From the NCBI GenBank assembly GCA_964016885.1, contig OZ024759.1, positions 21,762,001 to 21,826,000 on the forward strand: a stretch of DNA of 64,000 bases. Reading direction: 5' to 3'. Position numbers and translations under genes: made by a program. This document shows, one piece after another, positions 1 through 16,410 of this stretch. The stretch comes from Eledone cirrhosa (Eukaryota). The notes beneath the pieces are model-generated. The model searched no databases. It was not told the DNA's origin and worked only from the letters and a program-made list of their open reading frames with translations. Each line of letters opens with the position of its first letter. Positions within the stretch are counted from its first letter, which is position 1.

Positions 1-143
1 AGAGAGAGAGAGAGACAGACAGACAGAGTGTGTGTACATATATATATGTATGTATGTTATATGCATATCTCTCTAAGACTTTAAGTTATATCTATAAAAA
101 TTTCAACAAATAAATGATTATACAGACACACACACGCACACAC

Positions 144-228
<85 letters not shown>

Positions 229-635
229 GAGAGAGAGAGGGGGAGACTGAAAGAGAGAGAGAGAGAGAGGGAGAGATAGAGATAGAGAGAAAGAGGGAGT
301 GAGTGAGTGAGAGAGAGGTTTCTGTGTATACATATACTTTATATATATTTATTTGAAATATAAGATTTTAATTTTTTCAGCATTGAAAAAAATGTTTTGA
401 GATTTCTAATAAAAATATCAAGTTTGTTTAGAAAAGTTATCTTTTGACTTTAAACTGGGTACTGCGTACTACACACACACACACACACACACACACTGAT
501 ATATGTACAAACACATACATTCACGTACATATATATACACACAGAGGTTGTGAATGTTTATTCAACTTCTCACATACAATGTATATATACAAACACACAC
601 TCTCTGTCTCTCTCTCACACACACACACACTCATA

Positions 636-2390
<1,755 letters not shown>

Positions 2391-2487
2391 ATATGCATGT
2401 GTGTGCCTATGAATATTAATAGAAACACAAATAATCTTTAGATACAAATATTTATTTAAAGACACAAATATAAATATAATACACACA

Positions 2488-2536
<49 letters not shown>

Positions 2537-2677
2537 GTATAAACACAATGAATCGTCTTTTTATACAAATATTTGTTTGAAAGTAGCTATGATATCAACA
2601 AACACACATGCATTTACATAAATACATACACATGTATAATATATTCATATATATATATATATATACATGCATATACA

Positions 2678-2754
<77 letters not shown>

Positions 2755-3072
2755 GCATAATGTGTGTGTACAAGATATTTTCCTTCTGCATTATTCGTCT
2801 AATCATTGTGGTGTGTAATAAGAATGAAAGTACCTGGTACTCTATGCACGTTTGAGTCACACCATATAACATGCTGTTCATTTACTAAACAGTACAACTA
2901 GAAAGGTTTGGCTCTTGTATATGATTGAAAACACGCCTTCTCCTTCTTCTCCTTCTGTTCGGCTTTCTTTACATGTCACTGATTAAACTTGCAGTAAATG
3001 AATGGAGCAAGGAAGTGTATTTCTATTATCAATACAGACCGTTACAAAGGAGCTAGTATGGATTTTTAACAC

Positions 3073-3103
<31 letters not shown>

Positions 3104-3117
3104 TCAAATATTATATA

Positions 3118-3214
3118 TAGGGTGTCCCCCCAAAATGTATACATACTTCAGCATCCTAACAAATATTGCCTGTATGGTAATCAAAGTGTATATACATTTT
3201 GGGGGGACATCCTG
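3118..3214. mobile_element. Tc1/mariner-type MITE (~95 bp)
   Basis: TIRs AGGGTGTCCCCCCAAAATGTATA / TATACATTTTGGGGGGACATCCTG; second copy at 54686-54771. Confidence 0.75.
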
Positions 3215-3217
3215 GGC

Positions 3218-3333
<116 letters not shown>

Positions 3334-3507
3334 AGTGAAATAGACAAAGAGACAGAGAGATAGGGAGAGTGAGAGAGATGATTGAAAATAAGAATTCTGT
3401 TCAAATTTCTCGCAAACGCAACGAAAATGTTTTTCTTACAAAAAAAAAGCATTTTTCAGAGAAAATTAAAGGATTATGAAAATTTTATTCTCAGTGTTAC
3501 ATATAAT

Positions 3508-3511
3508 TATA

Positions 3512-3587
<76 letters not shown>

Positions 3588-3626
3588 TATATATGTATAT
3601 ATACATAACATATCTATATAACATAG

Positions 3627-3669
<43 letters not shown>

Positions 3670-3979
3670 CTCTATACACACATGTATATAGCCATGTATA
3701 TATACATAACATATCTATATAACATATATATATAACATATATATATATAACATATATATATAACATATATATATATATAACATATATATATAACATATAT
3801 ATATATAACATATATATATATATATAACATATATATATATAACATATATATATATAACATATATATATATAACATATATATAACATATATATATATAACA
3901 TATACATATATAACATATATATATGTGTATAACATATATATATATATATGTATATATATGTATATATATATATATGTAC

Positions 3980-4027
<48 letters not shown>

Positions 4028-4032
4028 CACAG

Positions 4033-4074
<42 letters not shown>

Positions 4075-4185
4075 TCTATACACACACACGCACACACACA
4101 CATATATATATATAGGCACATATATGCACATACATACAAACATTCATACATACATACATACGTACATACATACATACGTACATAC
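3508..4185. repeat. (TA)n with AAC-punctuated higher-order units and CA/TACA tail
   Basis: Repeating TAACATATATATA units. Confidence 0.95.
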
Positions 4186-4440
4186 AAAAAAGTGGATTAA
4201 TTTATTGCACTTGCACGCTGCTTTAGTTTACCCTCTGTCTAAAGTTCCATATTAATAGATACCTCTATGTATTCTCACGAGTCACCCGTTGGGCATTCAT
4301 CTATTTACTTGCAATTACTTTAACTCAGTAACTACTGCACTCATAAATAACTAAATTTTAACACTGTCGAGATTGAAGTTGAGTTTGTCAAAAACCGTTC
4401 CTGGCTCTGATGTGATATTATTTTTTTTAATTTTTAAACT

Positions 4441-4983
<543 letters not shown>

Positions 4984-5354
4984 AAGCTGTGTACATAACC
5001 TTAAAAATTGCTGAACAATATCTCAATTTTTAAAGGCGCGTTCCTCTGTGCAGGCTATATATCTAGGTAAATGATAAAATTGATTCGGTCTTTATCTTTC
5101 TTAGTCGAAACATTTATCTTTCTATTTGTTATCAATTGAAGGAGAAAATTGATATAATTTTTGTGTTTCGCAAAATACTTAATGGAAGAAATGAAAAATA
5201 AAATGGAGGTAAAATTTTAAGGACGAAAGGTGAGAGTTGTGTAACATAATTAGTTTTCTGAATGAAGAATATATTGAGAATATATTTTTCACTAATACTT
5301 AAATTTAAACTGTAATTTTCGATTGGTTAAAATCCTTAGAGACTGCTCTTATAT

Positions 5355-5550
5355 TGTGTGTAGCGTTCTTGAGTAAAACACTTCAATTGACGTTTCTGAA
5401 AATGAGTACCAGCAATAGCTGGGTGTTTAACACTGCGATGGACTGGAGTCCTGTCCAGAGTGAGTCTTGTACTCTCAGTCGCTTCCCGTCATAGAAATCC
5501 GGATAAGCACCGGCCTCATCAGCCTCCGGGCTCGAGACAGATGTTAGACT
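5355..5550 (+). mobile_element. 5'-truncated CORE-type SINE with V-domain-like segment
   Basis: TTCTTGAGTAAAACACTT...AAAATGAGTACCAG...CTGCGATGGACTGGAGTCCTGTCCAG; homologous to 6065-6335. Confidence 0.7.
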
Positions 5551-5564
5551 CTACTTCAATATAA

Positions 5565-5905
5565 TTGTTTCTATTTTTGGCACAAGGCCAGCAATTATCC
5601 CAGTGTATTACTGGTACTTTATTTTATCGACCCCTTAAGGATGAAAGGCAAAGTTAACCTCGGCGGGTTTTGAACTCAATATAATGGCGCTGGGTTGGCA
5701 ATATCAGTTGAGCGTCGGACAAAATGCTTTGCGGCATTTAGATACGACTTTCTACGTTCTGAGTTCAAATCCCGTTGAACTCAGCTTTGCTTTACATCCT
5801 ACCGGGATAAATAAAATAAAATACCAGTTAAGTATTGGGGACGATATAATTGGCTGTTCCCCCTTCCGCCAAATTGCTGGCTTTGTGCCAATGCTAGACA
5901 GAATT
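5565..5905. mobile_element. Two head-to-head copies of the main tRNA-derived SINE (5565-5680 minus, 5685-5905 plus)
   Basis: Family motifs GAGTTCAAATCCCG, GCCTTTCATCC, GATAAAATAAAGTACCAG. Confidence 0.85.
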
Positions 5906-6064
5906 TAAGTTTCAATATAAATATTGTAATTTAATCTTTTTAAGTTTTCTACGTTTTATTTCAATTATTTCAATTTAATCTGTTGTTCTTTCCTTACATT
6001 TTGTGATGGGATTATATTTCGAACTTGAATTGTTTACAGGTTTGTCGATTTAATCTAATGTCTG

Positions 6065-6335
6065 TCTTAAGCCAGAAGGCTCGTTAGACTGGTTCCCATC
6101 CAGATTTCATGGCGTGAAACGACTTAGAGTACAAACTCTCCCCTGGACAGGATGCTAGTCCATCGCAGGGTTAAACCTCCAGCTATTACTGATACTTATT
6201 TTCAGCTGAGTATACTGGAGCAACGTGAAATAAAGAGTTTTGCTCAAGAACACAATATACAACCCAGCTCAGGAACCGAACCCACGGCATTTTGATCGTA
6301 AGTCCAACACCCGTGCCACTAGGCCACTGCGCTGG
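6065..6335 (-). mobile_element. Near full-length tRNA-headed CORE-type SINE
   Basis: A box TGGCCTAGTGG, B box GGTTCGGTTCC, CORE-like TTCTTGAGCAAAAC...CTCAGCTGAAAAT, then CCCTGCGATGGACTAGCATCCTGTCCAGGG. Confidence 0.8.
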
Positions 6336-7126
6336 TTTCGACAATGAGTGTTCCAGTTGTTTGTTCAACAGAACGTTATGTTTGTGAAGTGATAGTTTTA
6401 ATTACAGGTACAGTCCTGTTGACGGGTTTCTAAATAGTCTCCGTCTACCATATGTTGAATCTGTTAACGATTGAATTACTTAACCCAAAGGGAAAGAAAA
6501 TAAACAAAAATATTATTTTCAGATCTTTAAAACCTCAAATTAAACTGTGAATATTTCTATGAAACTGACTTCCACTTCGAAATAATAGAAAGTTTTCTTG
6601 ATCTAATTCATATAAATATTCTGCTAAGATAACTTCACGAAAATCATAAGTCATGGAAAATCTTAAGGTATTGAAATTGTGAAAATAAAAACCATGCACA
6701 GTACACACATTTTATCAGCAATGATATAATAAGAAACTTTTTAAAGTCGAATGGTCTGATACAGGAAAAAATCAATACATATTGAAACAGTGTGAATATA
6801 AAGAAAAATTAGTACTAGTACAATACATAGGATAAAAATACATTCCACTCTACAGGATTCATTTTATATCAACCGTTTCCTGCAGCTAAAACTTTAATAG
6901 AAATTTATGGTGACTGATTTTTATTCTTTGAATATTTAGTTTGTTTTAAAATATATTTTCAACATTTCTTACATTTGATCCTCTAACCCATTTACTTATC
7001 ATTGATTTTTAGTTCTGTACAATTATAGAAATTCAGTTTGAGTTACCCTGTTGAGCCTCTAGATATATTTTATTATATTATTTGAAAGAATGTGATGAAG
7101 ATGAAGAAGAAAAAGAGCAACCTTAC

Positions 7127-7248
7127 CGAATTCATGTACTCAATATTTTTTCTTTTATTGTTTAGTTTTTAGTAAAGATTACATCGTGTGAAGGATTATC
7201 CGGTTCGTGTGACAGTTGTGAACAATAAATCGACAAAATATCAATCGC
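7127..7248 (-). pseudogene. Decayed exon, PUB-domain-like (AIDILSIYCSQLSHEPDNPSHDVIFTKN*TIKEKILST*I)
   Basis: Strong acceptor TTTCCCTGTTTTCTGTCAG and donor GTAAGG; spacing resembles the PUB helix-P-loop-I...N...I pattern; two in-frame stops. Confidence 0.4.
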
Positions 7249-7296
7249 CTGACAGAAAACAGGGAAAAAAACTCGACGATGTAAACATTACAGGAA

Positions 7297-7526
7297 TGAC
7301 AATAATTTTGTGATCAACGAAATTCATACCCGAGAAAACTGTAGGAAATAGATATGGTTTCTGTAATAAAGTCTATATTTTGCTTTTACAAATTTAATCC
7401 CTCTACTTTTTGAGATGACAATTTTGTGAACAACGAAATTCAAACTCAAGAAAACTGCAGGAAATAGATATGGTTTCCGTAAGAAATTCTATAGTTTACT
7501 TTTACATATTTAAATCCTCTACCTTT
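7297..7526. repeat. Tandem duplication, 2 x ~118 bp
   Basis: TGACAA..TTTTGTGA.CAACGAAATTCA...GGAAATAGATATGGTTTC repeated. Confidence 0.9.
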
Positions 7527-7879
7527 TATATTAAGAAAACGTTAATAATGTCATTTTTCTATAGGAACCAAGCAAGAATATTTAATCTTCCTCTGGTTTT
7601 CTATCAAAGGCAATAATGTAAACTTATTTGAATAGAAGCTCAATCTCATAGCGAAGCTTACTTGCTATATTTTTTCCTTCATAATACCTTTACACTATAG
7701 TTTTCTAAATTGCCAAAGAGGAGCCAATCACCTGCCCCCCCCCCCCCATATATATATATATATAAGAAAATGATGGCTTAAAAAAAAAAACCGCGATGTC
7801 CTACACGGGTGAAAGTATGAGGAAAAGAAATTGAAAATGTAACTGGAGTCTTTTGAGAATATTTATTTATTTACTTTAC

Positions 7880-7942
7880 CGGTTTCACAGTTCTTATGAT
7901 TTTCAAAAGTCAAATTGAATTTGTGTTTCTGTTGTGGTATGT
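7880..7942 (-). CDS. Candidate phase 1-1 exon DIPQQKHKFNLTFENHKNCET
   Basis: TAG acceptor, GTAAAG donor, open frame, paralogous exon at 58823-58882 (+). Confidence 0.45.
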
Positions 7943-7995
7943 CTATATATATATATGAAAAAGGTCGCAATGACATCGGTGATTCTGTTACTTTA

Positions 7996-8146
7996 TCACA
8001 AAACACCTGTCTTAGATCACAAAACACCTGTCTTAGATTACAAAATACCTGTCTTAGATCACAAAACACTTGATTTAGATCACAAAATACCTGTCTTAGA
8101 TCACAAAATACCTGTTCTATATCACCACATACCTGTTCTATATCAC
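7996..8146. repeat. 21 bp minisatellite, ~7 copies
   Basis: TCACAAAATACCTGTCTTAGA units. Confidence 0.95.
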
Positions 8147-8265
8147 GTATTAGTGATATCATGAAAACATCTGACGTTGCCTGTCATGCGAGACTCAACG
8201 AGAAATTTCCCACTCACTCATTATTTACCAATAAGATATTATGAGTGGGCCAATCGATTATACTT

Positions 8266-8810
8266 TGAAAGAGCAAAATATATCAGAATTTTTCTTCAAT
8301 GGTACTGCTTAAATATTGGGTAACTAGCTTCAGTTATTTACAATGTTATGTCTGACAATGGTGATGTGCGAAGAAGTATTTCATTATATTTGTGTTTATG
8401 AATTCATCTTCTGAATAGAATAAATAGCTAAAAAAAAAATAGAATCTCATGTAAAGAAATGGCACCTCCCGCTTAGAAAGAGCAAAATATATGAGAATTT
8501 TACTTCAATAGTACTGCTTAAATATTCCATGTTGATGGCCACCAGAAACATTTTTTCAGACATGTCTATTTAGATAGAATCGATACACATTTAAATATGA
8601 ATTTTATTTCGGTCTGTCATTTTAGAATAAAAAAAAAATATGAGTATGAAAACAATTCAAGTTATTGGGTAACCAACTTCCGTTATTTACAACTTTACAT
8701 CTGACAATGATGATGACTGAAAGAGGCATTTGGTTATGAAATTTGTGTTTATGAAATTCCTATTGTGAATAGAATATATATTAAAAAACATTACAATATC
8801 ACGTAAAGAA
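8266..8810. repeat. Degenerate local duplication (8266-8460 vs 8476-8810)
   Basis: GAAAGAGCAAAATATAT...GTACTGCTTAAATATT and TTATTTACAA...TCTGACAATG blocks duplicated. Confidence 0.75.
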
Positions 8811-9458
8811 ACTGTTTGAAAATTAAACATATATATCTGATAGGAAATTCACTCTGTGGATAGTTCTAGACTGCAGTAGCGAAGCTAATGTCTCAATTGT
8901 TAGGAAATATACTTTCAATTTTAGATATTTCAAAAAAATAAAATCTGTTTCTTGTAATAGTCAATAATAGTATTTGATTCGCAACGAGTGAACATTTTTA
9001 ACATTATTTTCTAAGTTATATTTATTGACTAAAATTATATAAAACAAAATTAAAGAAAATAGAAATACATTTACACTGTTATGTTGGCGGTTATATAAAT
9101 TTATTTTCTGAGCTTTCAAAACAAGTTGTTTACAATGAATATACGTGTTGTTAAAACCTCACAACAGATATACACGTAAGGAGGAGAAAGAGAAATAGAA
9201 AAAGGTGGCGATGATGACGCTGATGAGAAGAATGGTTTTGTTTATGAAGAAAACTATAATCTGTTTTGTCAGTAAAGCGAAATTATTTTTAATGAACTGC
9301 AACGAATGTAGAATCGGCTTAGTTGGAAACTACAAATAATTTTAATTACACAGATGGACATGAATAGATGCTGCCTGCAGATCAAAACACTTTACACTCA
9401 TTCAATGAATAATTGCTGAAGTCGTTTTAAAATTGATTTAACATTTATTGCGTTCAGT

Positions 9459-9460
<2 letters not shown>

Positions 9461-9502
<42 letters not shown>

Positions 9503-9520
9503 TATATATATATAATATAT

Positions 9521-9552
<32 letters not shown>

Positions 9553-9638
9553 ATATATATATATAATATATATATATAATATATATATATATATATAATA
9601 TATATATATAATATATATATATAATATATATATATAAT

Positions 9639-9715
<77 letters not shown>

Positions 9716-10518
9716 TATATATAATATATATATAATATATATAATATATATAATATATATATAATATATATAATATATATAATATATATATAATATATAT
9801 AATATATATAAAATATATATATATATAATATATATAAAATATATATATATATAATATATATAAAATATATATATATATAATATATATAAAATATATATAT
9901 ATATATTATATATATAAAATATATATATATATAATATATATAATATATATAATATATATAATATATAAAATATATATAATATATAATATATAAAATATAT
10001 ATAATATATACATATATGTATATATAATATATACATATATGTATATATAATATATAATATATATATATATATATATAATATATATATATATATTATATAT
10101 ATATATTTATATATATATATTTATATATATATATTTATATATATATTTATATATATATATTTATATATATATTTTTATATATATATATTTATATATATAT
10201 TATATATATAATATATATATATATATATAATATATATATATTTATATATATATAATATATATATATTTATATATATATATTTATATATATATATTTATAT
10301 ATTTATATATATATATTTATATATATATTATATATATAATATATATATATTTATATATATATATTTATATATATATATTTATATATATATATTTATATAT
10401 ATATTATATATATATAATATATATATATATAATATATATATATTTATATATATATATTTATATATATATATTTATATATATATATTTATATATATATTAT
10501 ATATATAATATATATATA
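9461..10518. repeat. ~1 kb near-pure A/T (TA)n tract with AA and TT interruptions
   Basis: Direct reading. Confidence 0.98.
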
Positions 10519-11167
10519 CTCTCTCTCTCACACACACACACACACCCATATATATGTATATATATACACACACACATGAATGTGTGCATATATATAAATA
10601 TATGTATATATAGTAATAATGTGTGTGTGTATGTGTGAGTGCATGTATATAAATATATATAAATTCAATAAAACAACGTTTAAAACGTATAAAACGTATA
10701 CAAACAACGTATAAAATATATCCTCTTTTGACTACAAAGAACCTATTATGCTCTGTATCAACAGTGAATAAGGCAAGAAATATATAGAATGACTACTTCC
10801 ATCTTTAAAACTGTACTAAACACACACTCATGCATATATATATATACACACATACACACACATGCACATACACACACATACACACACATGCGTATATAAA
10901 CATACAGACACACAGACATGCACTTATACACATATACACACACAAATACACATTCAGACACATACACATTCACACACATACACACTCACACACACAAACA
11001 AACGCGTGTATGCACGCTCACACACATACATACACACATACTTACACACACTATTGGAATATATATTAGTCATTGCAACATACACCTAAAAACTACATAA
11101 ATATACACAAATTGAATCTAACTTAAAATCCTACTCTATAATCCACGTGGCTATCATCCGGTTAATA

Positions 11168-11515
11168 ATTGTTTCTACTTTAGGCACAAGGCCAGCAATT
11201 ACCCAGTGCATTGCTGAGGCTTTATTTTATCGAGCCCGTAAGGATGAAAGGCAAAGTTGACCTCGGCGGGATTTGAACTCAGGATGGAAAGGGCCGTAAC
11301 TCTATGCATCAAAGCATGGCGTCCGACCCTCTACCGATACTGCCAATAATGGTTTCTACTTTAGGCACATGACCAGCAATTTTGAAGGGGAGGGGAAAGT
11401 CAATTAAATCGACATCCAATGCGTTATTGGTAGCTTTAGTTTATCAACCCCGTAAGGAAGAAAGGCAAAGCTAACCTCGGCAGGGTTTGAAATCACAACG
11501 CAAAGGACCGTAACT
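11168..11515 (-). mobile_element. Two tandem copies of the main tRNA SINE (short and long variants)
   Basis: GTTTCTACTTTAGGCAC...GATGAAAGGCAAAG...GGATTTGAACTCAG twice. Confidence 0.9.
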
Positions 11516-11674
11516 CTCTGCCGCATTGAAGAAATGATCTAATGCCATTCTCGCCGCTACCACATCAGTTGTAATGCCACTACAAATTGCCTCGTCTAAT
11601 TTAGCTACCTGTTCCCCCTCCTTTCTATTTTTCTCTAACGCTACTTCTTTGCTAAAACCTATCGAAATTACTCT

Positions 11675-11985
11675 TGACTACCACCAGTCAAAAGGCACCA
11701 CCTTCGCTATTGTTCACGTTCAGGACCACCAACTTACTGTCCGGGCCCCGGAAAATCGACCTCACCTCGAGATCCAAGCCTTTCCTAAACAATACTGCCA
11801 CCTCACTTCCCATTTACATGCGAAGATCTAATAGTCGTCGAAAATGGGGGCTAGTGCGCACGTGTCAGAAATCCTGGTCTAGCTGACGGCAATCACATCC
11901 ATATCTAGCGACCTGAGGTCGTTAAGCAGGCGACCCTGCTTTCAGGACGACCCCAGGCCACGAACATTTAAACATCGTACTCTCT
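11675..11985 (-). mobile_element. Decayed L1/Tx1-type LINE ORF2 N-terminal APE endonuclease fragment
   Basis: Minus translation CLNVRGLGSS*KQGRLLNDLRSLDMDVIAVS*TR...EVAVLFRKGLDLEVRSIFRGPDSKLVVLNV matches the APE motifs NVRGL, D(V/I)..(Q)ET, GVAVL; stops present. Confidence 0.75.
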
Positions 11986-12021
11986 GTCAAGCTAAAGGAG
12001 AGAGAGGAAAGGTTTACTTAC

Positions 12022-12411
12022 CCCATAGGAGCTTGTGGAAGTCGGGTGGTTCAATCTCCATGGTTGATGGGGTTTTCATTGGGAACCTTTTTAAAAGCCT
12101 ATATAAGGCTTTCACATTACTGGTCCTGACATTGCTGTTGTCGTTGTTGCTATTGTTGTTGATTTTGTCATTTTTCTTTACATTTGTATAGTCACTGTTT
12201 TTGGTTTTGTTGTTAGTGTTGTTGACGTTGTTGTTGGTGTTGTCATTATTGTTGGTATAGTTGTTGTTATTTTTTTGCTGCTGTTGGCGATACTGCCTAA
12301 TGTGGTGTCGGTGTTCATATTTGTTGTGGGAGGGAGAGCGTTATTCGCCTCAACGTTTAAATCGCTGTCAAATGACAGCAGACTCAAAGTTAGGGGGCGT
12401 GGCTCCGCCAT
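12022..12411 (-). pseudogene. Candidate first coding exon MAEPRPLTLSLL...[frameshift at A7]...NNNNYTNNN...KALYRLLKRFPMKTPSTMEIEPPDFHKLLWG
   Basis: Good start context AAACATGGCG; adding one A at 12270-12276 gives an open frame to a GTAAGT donor (phase 1, compatible with exon 7880-7942). Confidence 0.5.
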
Positions 12412-12619
12412 GTTTTTTTTTTAAATTATAGTTTGTTTTAAACAAAGTTCAAATATTTGGGCGAAAAGGCCCAAATATCATAGTTTCTCCTTCTCAGGGC
12501 AAAGTCCAAGGGCTTATGTCCCTTTCACGACAGCAAAAATTAACAATAAATGATTTATGACAAGTAAATAAAGGGACTTACGGGAACAAGCCAAATGACG
12601 TCCGATCACATCAATAATA

Positions 12620-12992
12620 ATGGTTTCTTACATAGGCACGAGGCCAGCAATTTGAAGCAGAGGGAAAGGTCGATTAAATCGACCCCAGTGCATTACATGT
12701 ACTTCTTTTTATCGACTCCATAAGGATGAAAGGCAAAGCTAACCTCGGTGAGATTTGAACTCAGAACGTAAATAGCCGTAACTCTATGCTGCAAAGCAGG
12801 GTGTTCTACGCTCAAGCGATACTGCCAATCCACTGCTCTTCCACAGTAATAATAATTGTTTCTACATTTGGCACAAGGCTAGCAATTAACCAGTACATTA
12901 CTGGTACTTTATTTTATCGACCCTGTAAGGATGAAAGGCAAAGTTAACCTCGGTGGGATTTGAACTCAGTCTGTAAAGGGACGTAACTATGC
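12620..12992 (-). mobile_element. Two tandem copies of the main tRNA SINE
   Basis: Family motifs. Confidence 0.9.
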
Positions 12993-13239
12993 TAGAAGAT
13001 AATATGTAATGATACAAACATTAAAAAATATCGTCAAAATATCCTCAATGCAAATTCATTTCATGCAATCCAATTGAGACTTAACAACAGAAGAACTTCA
13101 TTTTCAATTTAAACTATTTTTCTCTGTCGTTCAGGGAATAAATAATAAGAATTTACATTGAATACTAAACGAAACAAAGAGAAAAAAAAAAGAAAAACTA
13201 ACTGATACGTTGATAAAATATTAACAAATATAGGTTCAA

Positions 13240-13400
13240 GCATGGCTGCTTATCTGTTATGTTTAAAGAGCTTGAGCGGCAAGCATGGAGTATCGGGTTC
13301 AGTCCCACTCTGCAGCACTGCGTCGTCTACCGTAGACTTAGGTTGATCAATAAATTGTCAGTGGAATTCAGTAGGTGGAAACTGCAAAGATCTATCGCAT
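13240..13400 (+). mobile_element. Decayed second tRNA-derived SINE family
   Basis: B-box-like GGGTTCAGTCCCAC and tail GTGGAATTCAGTAGGTGGAAACTG. Confidence 0.55.
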
Positions 13401-13545
13401 ATTATATATTAATATTGTCCTGGCGCTTGATGGGATGGTTGTATTGAAACGGTTTCTCCACTACTCAGTGGTGGCCATAACTGGACCCCAAAACCTAAGG
13501 TTGGACATACATATTAAGTGCATGAAATTTTGATTATACCATATA

Positions 13546-13586
<41 letters not shown>

Positions 13587-13742
13587 TATAATTAAAGATA
13601 TGCGGTTCGGGTAGAGCACCTATAATGGAGTAAATAACTAACTGGTAATATTCAGTTTTCTCCACAAATGAATGTGATATTCTAACCGCATTGAAACGTC
13701 TGCAGCGAAATATAAATAAATAATAATAATGCTATCCTTGGT

Positions 13743-13827
<85 letters not shown>

Positions 13828-13863
13828 AGTGTGTGTGTGTGTGTGTGTGTGCATATATGTATA

Positions 13864-14042
<179 letters not shown>

Positions 14043-15089
14043 GAATTTAGATCGATACTTGCACGCATACATTTTTACAAATGTATGTATATGTGCATAT
14101 GTAAATATGTATATGTGCTTATGTATTTATGTATGTATATGTGCATATGTATGTATATATATATATATATATATATATGCATAGGTATATATGTATATGT
14201 GCATATGAATATATGTATATATGTATATGTATAACCAGTAAACCAAGAACATATTTTCTGAAGACAGCTAGTAAATTAAAACTGGGCGTAGAATACAGTA
14301 CATGGAGAAGAAGTTGAGCAAATACTATATAATTCTTTTAATACACCAGTAGTGTATGATAAGATATCTGGAGTTTTCTATAATGAGGCCACTCGTATTT
14401 TAAAGCATAACGCTGTCTCTTTACATTAGTGATACAGTTAATTTATAAAGCTTTGCATATGTGGCGTTGATGGCGAAATAGAAAATACTATATTGCATCG
14501 CTTGCTTACAACATATCGTTAACTATATTAGGTTTGTCATTAATAAGCATGCTTTCTATGGCTGCTCTTATTGTCTTTCTTCTTCTTCTTCTTCTTCTTC
14601 TTCTTCTTCTTCTTCTTGTAATGGCTGATCAAATTGAAGGGATGTTGTCTTAGTGGTTAAAGGAGTTCGGCTCACGATCATAAGATGGTGTGTTTGATAC
14701 CTGGCGGGCAGGCACGTTGTCTCCGTCAATTGCAAATACATTACCACGGGAGGAGAATGAAAGTGGATACGCTGAAAAAGCCAGTCGTACTCGCGGCACT
14801 TGTTCGCTCCTCAATGTGACCATCTGCGTCTCGATCACACAATATAAAGAAGTGATTCAGGGACACAAACGGACAGATTTTTCTATTGCCATGGGTTCCC
14901 TGGACCAACGATAAACCTACCACACTGCGGCCCGAGGGTCAGATGTTTCTATTGCTTATATTATTCTAGTTAATGTTTTCAGTGAATATTACGGACATGG
15001 GGTTAGAATGTTTTGAGAAAGAATCGCTGGAGTCGCTCCGGGTAGAGCTGCTACTGCTTCGAAATTAGGTACCACAGCTTCGATATTAC

Positions 15090-15360
15090 TGACATAGGGT
15101 TAGAATATCTGAGGAAAGATTCGTTGGAGAGGTTTTATGGGAAAATTCAACCGGCAGAAGACCCAGAAGCAGGCCCCGAGTAAGATGGCTGAATAACATC
15201 CATGAACTGGGTTGGTCCTGCTTGGAGCTCCTGCAGGATCAATTGGAGATGGTTGCTTCTGTTGGAACCCTCTGGAAGACGGGTTTGAGGACTCTGCCCC
15301 CCACAACCCTCCCAAGAAGAAGAAGAAGAAGAAGAAGAAGAAGAAGAAGAAGAAGAAGAA
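15090..15360 (+). mobile_element. RTE-clade LINE 3' end with (GAA)n tail
   Basis: RRPRSRPRVRWLNNIHELGWSCLE...; homologous to 17150-17580 and 25440-25607. Confidence 0.8.
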
Positions 15361-15370
15361 TGTCTCTTAC

Positions 15371-15480
15371 CTTTTCTTGGATTAAGCAAGTAAGGTTTGA
15401 TCTTTCAACAAAAACCATCTCCTGTTTTGGTCAAGTCTCTTCTTAGCTGGTTATATCCACCCAAAGGAAAGGAATGTTCT
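15371..15480 (-). pseudogene. Decayed PH-domain-like exon (FGWI*PAKKRLDQNRRWFLLKDQTLLA*SKK)
   Basis: PH beta1-beta3 pattern GW...K...RRWF.L.D..L; AG|GTAAGA donor; two in-frame TAA. Confidence 0.5.
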
Positions 15481-15811
15481 CAATTTAAGATCAAGGAATA
15501 AATAAGATTTCCGATGTCTTTTTGTTGTTATTTACCGACCCCCGAGACTTTCCCTATCCGTTTTCATAGTATTTAATTCAATAATATATTTATTGGTGAC
15601 AGCGTTCCTGTTACATTTTTTTTTTGTCGATCTAAGATAATTGTAAACACTGCTCCTAACCCAATTTCTAACAACACTTACCCCCAGGTATAACAAGCTG
15701 ATTGGTGTGAAAATAACACACTCTTGTAGTAAATTAATTGAATCTTTTCGACACATCAAATATTATCTTCCTAGTATTCCCTAGATTAACTGATACATGA
15801 CTGGAGTGTCT

Positions 15812-16378
15812 TGTCTGTGTGCATGTGTGTGTGTGTGACAATATGTATGTGTGTATGTGAGTGTGTGTGTGTATGTTGGATGAGTCTGTGTGTGCGTGTA
15901 TGTGCTACATCCATGTTTGCCTGGGTGTATGTGTCAGAATGAGTGTGTGTCTATGTATATGTGTCAGAATGATTGTGTGTCTGTGTAAATGTGTGACAAT
16001 GAGTGTGTATGCGTCACAATGTGTATGTGTGTATGTGAGTGTGTGTGTGTGTGTGTTGGATGAGTCTGTGTGTGCGTGTATGTGTTACATCCATGTCTGC
16101 CTGTGTGTATGTGTTAGAATGAGTGTGTGTCTATGTATATGTGTCAGAATGATTGTGTGTGCGTATATGTGTGACAATGAGTGTGTGTGTGCGTCACAAT
16201 GTGTGTGTATGTGTGTGTGACGATGAGTCTCTGTGTGCGCGTGTATGTGTTACATACTGTGTCTGTGTTACACAGTGTAAGACAATGTATGTGTTACATT
16301 CGTGTGTGACAATGTGTGTGTATGTTACATAGTGTGTGTGTATATAGTAAATAGTGTATACTTGTTATTTAGTGCGTG

Positions 16379-16410
<32 letters not shown>

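Noticed and set aside
5500-5525. CTGATGA on the minus strand
   Set aside because: No GAAA after the stem; part of a SINE tail
6720-6860. Plus-strand KLVLVQYIG transposase-like peptide
   Set aside because: Too short, contains a stop, and conflicts with the minus-strand exon reading
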